DNA of 23,749 nucleotides from Dehalococcoidia bacterium (lineage in GTDB: Bacteria > Chloroflexota > Dehalococcoidia > Lucifugimonadales > UBA3495). The stretch lies in the NCBI GenBank assembly GCA_030740155.1, contig JASLXV010000012.1, positions 1 to 23,749 on the forward strand, read 5' to 3'. The translations under genes and the position numbers were made by a program. Each line of letters opens with the position of its first letter. The stretch's first letter is position 1. The notes below the pieces were generated by a model. The model made no database searches. It was given only the letters and a program-made list of their open reading frames with translations, and was not told the DNA's origin. This document shows, one piece after another, positions 8,215-17,005 of this stretch.

Positions 8215-9045
8215 CTACACCTCCAGGGGCGTGTCTTCCATATTGGCCCACTCGCCCATGGAGCCATCGTAGTTCTTGGCCTCGCCGTAGCCGAGGAGCT
8301 TCAGGACCATCACACCGTGCGCCGCACGGATGCCGCCCTGTCAATAGGCGAAGATGTTCTTGTCCGGAGTAATGCCCTTCTCCGAAAGGATCCGCCGAAT
8401 CTCTTCCGGTGACTTGAACCGGTGGGTTTCCCGGTCCATGGTCTGCCACCAATCCAGGTGAACGGCCCCGGGCACGTGCCCGACCCGCTTGTTGCCTCGG
8501 CTGTTGGTGCCGTTCCACTCACCCGTGCTCCGGACGTCCCAGATCACCGCGCCATCAACGTTGCAGGCGGCCTTGATGTCGTCGACCCGAGCCATCATCG
8601 TGTCGTCGGCCTTGGGGGTGAACTTCACGCTGGAGTCGGGATGGGCCCTGTCGAAGCTGACGGCCCGGCCCTCGGTGACCCAACGCCGCCAACCGCCGTC
8701 CAGCACCTTGACGTTGCCGTGGCCGTGGGTCTTGAGCGCCCACCAGAACCGTGCGGAATAGTTGCTTTGGTTGTTGTCGTAGGCGATCACCAGGGTATCG
8801 TCGCCGATGCCCAGACCCTGGCACATGGCCGCGAACTGGCCGGGATTCATCAGGTGCACCCGTCCGGTGTCCGGGTTCTTCTCGTAGTTGTCGGGCACCA
8901 GCACCGCCCCGGGGATGTGGCCCCGGAGGAAAGCCGGCTCCACCTCGCAATCCACCACCACCAGATTGGAGTCGTCCTTGTGGGCTTCCACCCAAGCGGC
9001 ATCAACCAGGAATTCCGGATGGGCGAAACCTTCTCCCGTCGTCAT
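8215..9045 (-). CDS. Two-domain rhodanese / sulfurtransferase (SseA/TST-like), probable selenoprotein (276 aa, UGA=Sec at 8341-8343)
   Basis: Motifs GHIPGA, LDGGW, DVRS and GHVPGA, then ...IFAY-TGA-QGGIRAAHGVMVLKLLGYGEAKNYDGSMGEWANMEDTPLEV-TAG in one frame. The TGA sits at the catalytic Cys position, and the C-terminal signature YDGSxxEW lies beyond it. Confidence 0.88.
8302..8340 (-). promoter_or_regulatory. Candidate bacterial SECIS element
   Basis: Directly after the UGA the strand reads CAGGGC GG CATC CGTGC GGC GCACG GTGT GATG GTCCTG. CAGGGC/GTCCTG, CATC/GATG and CGTGC/GCACG can pair. A G-first apical loop begins 17 nt after the UGA. Confidence 0.7.
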
Positions 9046-9124
9046 GCTCCCTCCTGAAATGTCCGTAGCCTGGAGAACTGCCAGAAAAGCCGGCCGGGTT
9101 GCACTCGCCGGCTGGCGTCACTCA

Positions 9125-9153
9125 ATTGTAGGGTACGGCTTAGGCGGGGTCAA
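9125..9153 (-). promoter_or_regulatory. Sigma70 promoter of the sulfurtransferase gene, TTGACC-17-TACAAT
   Basis: Near-consensus boxes with a 17-nt spacer, 80 bp upstream of ATG 9045 (RBS AGGAGG). Confidence 0.7.
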
Positions 9154-9180
9154 TCGAGCGTCTTGTATATTTATGGCCTC

Positions 9181-9297
9181 GGACACATCTGCTCCTTTCG
9201 GGAAGTAACCTACATTCACCCCAGGAAATAACGCCGCTTCTAGCCTCTCGGGCTTTCTTACCCCTGCATGCGGCCAGTTATCACTGACGGTCTACAG
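9181..9297 (-). mobile_element. Isolated end of the same IS-derived element as at 914-1029
   Basis: GGACACATCTGCTCCTTTC.GGAAGTAA...TTATCACTGACGGTCTACA is a diverged copy of 914-1029. Confidence 0.7.
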
Positions 9298-9509
9298 CCT
9301 CGAACATGACTTGCTCCTTCTCGGTTGAGCGTTTAGGGCTGCAGCGCGGCAACAGCGCGATGCTACCAACTCGCGAGCACCTGCATATCCCGCAAAACCC
9401 CGCATAGGCTGTAGATAGGCTGGACTGGGCCGTAGAACGTAGACTAGAGATAGGATTTGGTGGACAAGCAGATACTTAGAGTCTCGCTAAACCAGCCACA
9501 GGAGACCAT

Positions 9510-9782
9510 ATGCAACCAGTAGGTATTGCCGAGAAAAGCGTTGAGCTGGGCCTAAGCCCGGATACGGTCAGGAGTGGGCTACGCACGGGCCAGATCATCG
9601 GCCACCAGGAAACCTTTGCCGGAGGGTTCGAACGGCTGGCGGAAGTCGACGAGGAGCCGATTTTCATAAAGATGCTAAAAGCCGAGCTGGAGCGCCTACA
9701 CGTGGGAATCAGCCAGCTTCACCAACTCCCAGCGCATAGACCGCCGCCACCAGCTCTCTCACGACGGCGGTCGTGGGCGTAG
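9510..9782 (+). CDS. Small helix-turn-helix (MerR/excisionase-like) plus coiled-coil protein, possibly degenerate
   Basis: RBS AGGAG. VGIAEKSVELGLSPDTVRSGLRTGQI resembles an HTH, followed by MLKAELERLHVGISQLHQL and a C-terminal RRRSW. Confidence 0.5.
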   Translation: MQPVGIAEKSVELGLSPDTVRSGLRTGQIIGHQETFAGGFERLAEVDEEPIFIKMLKAELERLHVGISQLHQLPAHRPPPPALSRRRSWA

Positions 9783-10199
9783 CAACCGTAGTCCCAGTCA
9801 GAGCAACACGGACCCCCGCGAGGCAGCTGGGGCTTTGCTCCAGAGCCCAAGATTTGTCCGGACTTTGACCGCGTAATAGAGAAGGCCGCCCAAGAGACAT
9901 GTATCCCTCGGACGGCGCCAGGTCGTCGGCTCACGGCTAGGTTCTCATCTGTCCACTCAAGCTTTGGTGGGAGGTCTACGTCGTGGTGACGAAAGAAATG
10001 GACCGAGTATTCGGTGAACGTAAATACCTCTTGTTATCCCAAGTGCGCGAGCTTAGCCGCACGTATGCGGTTGACGAGATAGCTGAGGCGGTCGAGCAGC
10101 TGTTCGACAGTCGGCGTTAGTGCATTTGGCAGCACCGGGTATCTATGTGAGCATGGAATATGTAGCGGGCATTTGCACTGCCACCGGTGTCTCCTGAGA

Positions 10200-10460
10200 G
10201 GCAGTCTTCGACGCCTGCATCGCAATCAGGGACAGATAGCAGTGGGGCGTAACCTTCCGTAGCCGCCGAACCGTGATGTGGTTCAGAGAGCGTCTTCCCT
10301 TCGGGCGTATTCCGGACACCGTAGCCGGTAAGTAGCTTCGGGTGTGTGGGGTTCAGGTTCACCACCGGGTGGGTACTGTATTGCCAGCGCACGAGCGAGA
10401 GGAACTTCCGGCCAGAATATCCCGCATCCGCCATAATCGAGGGCGCGACTTACCCCCGCC
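10200..10460 (-). pseudogene. Degraded DDE transposase (IS4/IS5/IS1182-like)
   Basis: MADAGYS at 10434 is the second-Asp motif. A shifted frame at about 10302-10212 reads KGRRSLNHITVRRLRKVTPHCYLSLIAMQA, resembling a transposase C-terminus. The Glu-bearing segment is missing. Confidence 0.6.
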
Positions 10461-10610
10461 TTGGCCACGGGGCCAGAGATTGGGGGGAATTCGAGCAGTA
10501 GCCGGCGCTCCGCCATCGGCAGTCAGGCCAAAGCCCAGCACTGGGTCAGGACCAGTGTGGCCTAGCCTCGCTTTGATGGTCGAGGCGGTGTCGCCCAAAC
10601 TGGCCGTTGA

Positions 10611-11603
10611 TCAGCGGCGGGCGGGGCTCTTGATGTTCACGTCGACCCAGTTGCTCTGTATGGTTGCCCGGGCCTCATCCTCGCCGATCCCGCTGGCGGC
10701 GGCGCAGGCGCTAGTCTCTTCCCAAATGGCGTCGGCGTCACCCATCATCAAGTACTTCTTGTGCTGGTCCTCGTGCTCGATGCCCAGGGCCCTTCCCACC
10801 AGAGTGAGGTAGTGCTCCACCTTTAGCGGATAGTCCATCTCGTAGCGGCACAGGCCCCGCTGGCAGCCGTGATAGAGCGTGCAGTAGACGTCAGCGTTGG
10901 CATCCACGGCGTCACGGAAGGTCTTGCCGAGGGTTTCTTCAAACCCGTCCTCGCCCAGGCTTGCCAGCAGCGCCGGGGTGCACTGGCGCCCCAGTTTCTT
11001 GTTGACACCCAAGTCCAGCGGGTTCACCCCGGGCAACGCGGAAAGGATCTGGATGACGCTGCGGGCCTCCGCATCCGACTGGGCGCTGCCAGTGTGGTAA
11101 TGTACGGCCACGTCCACCGCCGGTTGCGGCTGGAAGTCCAGCTTGTCCAGGTTCTCCACCAGGAACTCGGCAACGTGCTGGAAGAAAAACTCCTCCCGCA
11201 TCTCCATGATTTCGTCGTAGAACATGATGCACGAGGGGCACCACATCACCACCCGTTTCGGGCTGAACTTCATGAAGTTCCGGGCCGTGGCCGAGGCGAC
11301 GGAGTAAGCGGGTTTGGTGTCGCCCCTCCGGTGGTGCTGGATGCCGCAGCAGTAGGCCGCACCGGCCACTGCCACAAAGTCGACATTCAGCAGCTTGAAG
11401 ATGTCCATCACCGTGCGCACCAGATGGGTCGTCTTCAGCACGTTGCATCCCAGGAAGAGGACCACCTCGGCGGGCTTCACTTCGCCCTTGGGCGCGGCCA
11501 TCAGCCATTCCCGCTCCTCGGGCACCGACTGCAGGCCGTGGAGGACCGTCCCCTCCCTGAAATACTTCGCGTAAAATGATCTATCTTTATTCCCTTGGGA
11601 CAT
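10611..11603 (-). CDS. CCG-domain Fe-S protein (heterodisulfide reductase B / GlcF-related)
   Basis: FLGC...YCCG...WCPSC forms the first CCG motif. The second is degenerate (RQCT...YHGC). Confidence 0.8.
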   Translation of the reverse strand: MSQGNKDRSFYAKYFREGTVLHGLQSVPEEREWLMAAPKGEVKPAEVVLFLGCNVLKTTHLVRTVMDIFKLLNVDFVAVAGAAYCCGIQHHRRGDTKPAYSVASATARNFMKFSPKRVVMWCPSCIMFYDEIMEMREEFFFQHVAEFLVENLDKLDFQPQPAVDVAVHYHTGSAQSDAEARSVIQILSALPGVNPLDLGVNKKLGRQCTPALLASLGEDGFEETLGKTFRDAVDANADVYCTLYHGCQRGLCRYEMDYPLKVEHYLTLVGRALGIEHEDQHKKYLMMGDADAIWEETSACAAASGIGEDEARATIQSNWVDVNIKSPARR

Positions 11604-11779
11604 TCTCTCTCTCCAATTCGGGGCCTAGCTGGGTTCTCCGGTCCGGACTAGGGAGCCGCGTGCTTCAGTCGCGGTTTCCACCGGCCGTAAGGGCTTGAGA
11701 TGGGCGCTCGCCGGCCGGCGCCGGTACGGGAAAAGAGGGCGCCCACTATCATCTGATAACGGCCCAGATGGGTGAGAGT

Positions 11780-14090
11780 TTAGTTTGCGGTGCCGCCGGT
11801 GTCAACGTCGGCCGCGGTGCGGTGGGCCGGGGTTGTCCAGTCGCCGTGTTTCAGCGCCGTTTTGATGCGAGCCAGGCGCTGTCGCGCCTGCTTAGCAAGC
11901 CCGGCGGGCAGCTCGCCGGGGTTGTAGGCCGCCTGCCAGACGGCCTCGGTAAACCAGACGAGCTGCCGCCGGACCTTGGGGTTGCCGGCGGTGGCCGCCC
12001 CGGCGTAGTCTCCCACGGTCTGCCACGGCTTCCGGCGGAGGCCGGTCTTCCGCTGCAACAGTTTTTCCAGCCGGCTGTACAGCTTCAGCAGCTCCCGGCG
12101 GCCCTCCCCGGACATCGCGCCACGATAGGTCAGGGGCGCCCACGGGCTAATTGCCTTCCGCTGGGACCGGGCGCGCGCCCAACGGAGCAACAACACCGTC
12201 AACAGTATCACCGGTCCAACCAACGAAAATACGGGGTTGCGCAGCCCATCCAGCAACCGGCCCGCGAGTTCGGACGGGGCCGACTTCACCGCATCGTAAA
12301 CGTCATCGCCAACGCCTCCCTGGAACAGATAACCAACGCCGGAGTCGACCCCGCCCGTGATTACCTCCTCCTGACGGGGACTGCTGTCGAACGGGACCCA
12401 GCCGTGATTGGCGAAATACACCTCGGCCCAGGCGTGGGCATCCCTCTGTCTCACCTTGTAAGCGCCGGACAGCGGGTCCCGGACGCCCGGAAGGTAGCCG
12501 ACGGCGAGGCGGGACGGCAACCCGGAGGCCCGGGCCAGCATCACCGTGGCGGTTGCGTAGTCCATGGCGTTGCCGGGCTTCCCCTCGACCAGGAACTCCT
12601 CCAGCGTCACCGAAGGGGTTAGCTCGGAGGGCCTCGCCGGGTCGTAGCTCGCCTGCCGGGACAGATGGCCGACAATGCGCTCCATCGCGTCGAAGTCACT
12701 ACCTGCTCCGATGGTGATTTGACCGGCCAGCAGACGGAGGGCCCGCTCCGAGCTTGGCGGCAGACTGATTAGGTGGGGGTCCGCCACCCAGGTGGAGTCC
12801 CGGCGCAGCCGCTCCGGACTGTGCCTGGGATAGGCCGAAAGCACCCGGTAGGAGTTACCCTGATGGACCCCGAGTTCATCCAGAGAACCGTCTTCGGCGG
12901 AGAGGCGCAAAGCTCGATAGCCCATGAAGACCGCGTCGGGATGGTCCCGTTGCACGTAGAAGGTCTGGTAATACAGTATGCGATTGTCACGGTCAAAGCT
13001 GTCCCGGTTGAACCAGACGCCTTCCTCTTCGGTCGAAGGTGCCAGGTTTTTGGGGGTAGGATCGATCCGCCAGGTCCCGCCATCGAAGTGCTCCAGGGTC
13101 CGGCCCTGCCAGTAGCTAGAAACCTTGCTGCGGACGAAGAATGCCGTGCCGCCGTTGGAATAGGTTCCCGGTTCGGTCCCGAAAACGTTCGGCTTAGGCT
13201 GGCCGGGCCCGGCTCCCTGGCCTGCCGGCGTCCCCGACGTACCCCTACTTTCAGAAGGTCCATCCGGCCCGCCCGACGCCACGTCATCCCCCGGGCCGGC
13301 GCCGGATCGAGAGAGGTCACTTGGGAACAGTTCGCCACCGTTTTCCGGATTGAGCGTTCGCGCGATCTCGGCGAGGCTTGCTTCGCTCGGGGCATCTCTT
13401 TCGCGAAGGGAGGCGCCGGCGTAAGGCACGACGGTCACCTGAGGTGGGCCGATGAGGTTGAGTTAGCCCCGGGGCATCAGCCAGAAGGCCAACCCGGCCA
13501 GGCCGAACACCGCACAGGCAACCCCTATCCAATAGGGAATCATGGCCGGGCGGGCGGGCCGGTGGTGAATCCAGTGTACTTTGGCGCCCCTGATCCCGTC
13601 CTCCAAGAAGGACACGGTCAGAAAAGCCAGGAGCGCCACCACGAACCCCATCACGAACACGCCGAAGCTGGGATCAAAAGCCTGCTGGCTGGCGAAAAAC
13701 AAGGCGCTCCCGCTGAGGACCATGCCACCGTACAACCCCCCCTCGGGTCCGGAAGTCGAAGCTGGCCAGGGCCTGCACCAACACCAGGAAGTGCCCCATT
13801 GGTAGCCAGTTGCCGTTAATCGCCTCCAGCATCTGGGACCGCATGAAGAGAAAGAGGGCCATCACCAGGCCGGCGATGAACAGCGACCGGATGAGAGACC
13901 CCTGGTGGCGCCAGCGCCATCCCAGCCCGTTGCCAAGGGTCCCGAGACCCCCGCCGATCAGGGACAGCCAAAGGTTGCCGCCCACCCAGGCCAGCGCTAG
14001 TGCCGCCAGCCATAAGGAGAAAACGGTCAGGACCCGCAGCCGCAGCGAGTCCTCTATCCGGGGGGAGAACAACCGGGACGCCCAGTTCAT
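11780..14090 (-). pseudogene. Membrane-anchored transglutaminase-like protein (TgpA/DUF3488 type), disrupted
   Basis: Three collinear pieces. A multi-TM N-terminus starts at ATG 14090, with a +1 frameshift in the G7 tract (13736-13742) and an in-frame TAA at 13463-13465. The rest contains YWQGRTLEHFDG, RLAVGYLPG, AHAWAEVY and WVPFD. Confidence 0.8.
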
Positions 14091-14118
14091 GGCTGCCGGT
14101 CTCGTTCGTCGAGTTCCA

Positions 14119-15459
14119 TCATCGAGGCCGCCTTTCTTCGGAGGGCCCGTTGGTGGAACTGGAGACTTGAGGGATTTGGCCGCCGGTCCCAAGCCTGCCA
14201 GAGGGTATCTGCTTGGAATGTGAAGGCCCGTTCAGGTTTCCCAGAGATTGCAACGCCTCGCCCAGCTTTCCCTTCGCACACCGGGCCACCGGAATCTTGG
14301 CCAGGTGCAAGGGCTTCAATGCATCGGCATCGGCCTCGCCGCCGTTCTTCCGGTCGCCAAACTCGTCGAAGGCCACCACCACCAGCCGGTGCAGTTTCGG
14401 GGCCGCCCGGACGATTGCCTGCACCGCCGCCGTATCGGCGAGGGACACCGCCACCAGTGCGCTGGAACCGCGGGGCAACTCGGCCAGAGTCTCGGGAAGC
14501 CCGAGGCCGTCACCGGGGGCGACCCGGGCCAGGCTCTCGAGAAGCGGCGCCCGCGATAACGCCGCCAGCTCGCCGCGGCTGATCCCCGGGCCAGGATCCT
14601 TGCCGCGAACGCCGCCGCCCAATACGTGCACCGGGACCCGATGCCGCCAGGCGTAATCGGCGACGCTGGCCACTACCTTGATCCCATACTCCAGGGTAGT
14701 CTCCTTGCCCTCTCCCCAGACGTGAGTGGCGTCGAAGGCCAGGTAAAGGGTGGCGTCGGCCGGGTCTTCGAATTCCTTGACCATCAACCGGCCCAATCTG
14801 GCGGTGTTGCGCCAATGGATGCGGCGCTGGGGGTCGCCGGGGAGGTAGTTGCGGGAGCCGGCCAGGTCGGTGCCGGTCGCGGACTTGCGGGAGTGAGGCG
14901 ATTCTCCGGACGCCCCGTCGGCCAAGGCCATGCGCTGCAAGGGATACACCTTGGGGTAGACCAGGACCGGCTGGGGCGCCGTCAGGCGGACCCGGCGCCG
15001 GAAAAGGCCGAACGGGGCCGATGACTCGGCCACCAAAGGACTCAGGTGATGCATTCCCCGCTGGAAGGCCTCGACGGTGGACACCATGGAAACTTGGCCC
15101 GATGTTGATACCTCGGTGACGAAGAAGCGTCGCAGGCGGCTGCCCGGCGCCGCCAGCGGGCAATCATAAAACAGGCTGAGCACGTAACTGGGCCACGGCG
15201 CGCGGCCCCGCAGAGTTATCTTGATCCGGACCGGGTCATCCTCGGCCGGCCCGGCGCGGCCTCGTTTGGCATCGGGCCGTTCTACGCTTCGCTCGGCCGC
15301 CAGAAACGCCACTCCCAACCAGGGGAAAGCTGCCGAGAGGAGGACTATTCCCCATAGGACCGCGTCAACCAGGTAGAGCCAACCCACCTGGGTCGGGCGG
15401 GCCAGCAGAAACAACACCACGGCGGCGGCAAGAAAACCAACCCCCTTGGCGGTAATCAT
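14119..15459 (-). CDS. DUF58 domain-containing protein
   Basis: Motifs PFGLF, VLVYP and RNYLPGDPQRRIHWRNTARLGRLMVKEFE. It lies directly downstream of moxR. Confidence 0.9.
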   Translation of the reverse strand: MITAKGVGFLAAAVVLFLLARPTQVGWLYLVDAVLWGIVLLSAAFPWLGVAFLAAERSVERPDAKRGRAGPAEDDPVRIKITLRGRAPWPSYVLSLFYDCPLAAPGSRLRRFFVTEVSTSGQVSMVSTVEAFQRGMHHLSPLVAESSAPFGLFRRRVRLTAPQPVLVYPKVYPLQRMALADGASGESPHSRKSATGTDLAGSRNYLPGDPQRRIHWRNTARLGRLMVKEFEDPADATLYLAFDATHVWGEGKETTLEYGIKVVASVADYAWRHRVPVHVLGGGVRGKDPGPGISRGELAALSRAPLLESLARVAPGDGLGLPETLAELPRGSSALVAVSLADTAAVQAIVRAAPKLHRLVVVAFDEFGDRKNGGEADADALKPLHLAKIPVARCAKGKLGEALQSLGNLNGPSHSKQIPSGRLGTGGQIPQVSSSTNGPSEERRPR

Positions 15460-15475
15460 CGAAGGGGGAACTCCA

Positions 15476-16447
15476 TCACAGTGGTACTCGAACCTGCTCT
15501 AAGATGCGGGATATGGCCTCTCTCCCGGTTTCTATGTCCTGGTCCGATCCGATCATGACCCGGTGGGACCACACGTAGGGCGCCAAATCTTGCACATCCT
15601 CCGGCACGATGTAGGAGCGGCCGGCGAAGGCAGCCCAAGCCTGGCAAGCCCGAAGCAGGGCCGCCGATCCCCTGGGGCTCACGCCCACGGAAACCATGTC
15701 GTCCGCTCGCGAGGCGCCCGCCAGATTGACGATGTATTCCCGCACCGATGGGGCCGACTCTACTTTTGCGACGCTCTCCTGCATCTCCACCACCGCGGCC
15801 TTCGACAGTATCGGGGACAGCTGAGCATACTCCTGCCCCGACCGGCTGAGGATCTCCAGCTCTTGCTCCGGCCTGGGCAGGCCCAGGGTCATCGAGATCA
15901 TAAACCGGTCAAGTTGGGAATTGGGCAAGGGGAATGTCCCATAGCTCTCGATCAGGTTCTGGGTGGCGATGATCATGAAGGGCCGGGGCAGGGGCCACAC
16001 GTTCCCATCGGCGCTGACCAGCCCTTCGGCCATGGCCTCCAGGAGCGCCGATTGGGTACGGGGCCCGGTCCGGTTAAGCTCGTCGGCCACCACAACGTTG
16101 GCGAAAATTGGGCCGGGGACAAACTCGAACGCCTGCTTTCGCATGTCGAATATCGCCGCCCCGGTGATATCGCTGGGCAGCAGGTCCGGCGTCAACTGGA
16201 TACGGGAAAATTCGCCGTCAATGGAGGCGGCGATGGTCTTGGCCAGCAGAGTCTTGCCGACGCCGGGCAGGTCTTCCAGGAGAACGTGCCCTTGGGCGAA
16301 GAGCCCCAGCAGGGCCAAACGGATATTGCGCCGGGAGGTGACGACCACACTGCCTATCTTGTCCACCAGCCGCTCAAACCGGTCCTAGAAGGAATCCTGA
16401 GCACGGAAACCGTTGGTGGATGCGTGAGAATCATGTTGCAACAGCAT
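15476..16447 (-). pseudogene. moxR: MoxR-family AAA+ ATPase with an in-frame TAG at codon 21
   Basis: RBS AGGAGG plus ATG 16447 gives MLLQHDSHASTNGFRAQDSF*DRFERLVDKIG. Motifs LLEDLPGVGKT, DELNR, QSALLEAM, ATQN and QLDRF follow. A 296-aa product from GTG 16366 remains possible. Confidence 0.8.
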
Positions 16448-17005
16448 GGAAACTGCCCTCCTAATCCGGCGAGAACATCTTTGAAGTCACTGCTTTGTCT
16501 GTACCAAATACGTTCATTGAGCCCAGCGCCCACAGGTGGTCTCAGGGCGCCCGCCGGTAAACAAGGTACACACCTTCAACGTAAGCTGAGGGTGTCCCGG
16601 CCAGACCCGGGTATCGTTGGCGTCATGGCCTTTCCGGGCTTCTGAGACCGTGGCCCAAGGTCTGGACGGCCTCCTGGTCTCCGGCCTGCCGTTGCGGGCC
16701 GGATCGGAAGCTGTTCCTTTTCTTCCCAACGAAAACGAGGAGTACACTCCTATTGATGCTACGGTGGGGAGGTTGACCGGACAAGGGTGCTGCCTCCTAC
16801 TGCGATTGGGAGTGGGCCTGTTCAGTGTGGGAGATACGGCCGAAGGAGGGGGGCCTTTCCCTGAAGGCAGCGGCCACGGGTGAGGCGAAACGGGAGGCCG
16901 GAGCGGTGGAAGGGGTGACGGAGGGGAGATCGGTCAGAAAGAGTTAGGGGCGGTTCGTGACCGCCCCACGCGATGCGATAGGCCGAATTTGGGCTGGAAG
17001 CCGGG

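Noticed and set aside
8341..9045. 234-aa truncated or pseudogene call for the sulfurtransferase
   Set aside because: The stop falls exactly on the catalytic residue and is followed by a SECIS-like hairpin and a conserved in-frame C-terminus. Sec recoding explains this better.
16385..16387. Pyrrolysine read-through of the moxR TAG
   Set aside because: It lies in a non-catalytic N-terminal position, no pyl genes are in view, and the same operon has other inactivating lesions.
16500..17000. Riboswitch or small gene in the ggt-moxR intergenic region
   Set aside because: No conserved riboswitch core was recognised, and the short ORFs lack an RBS and motifs.
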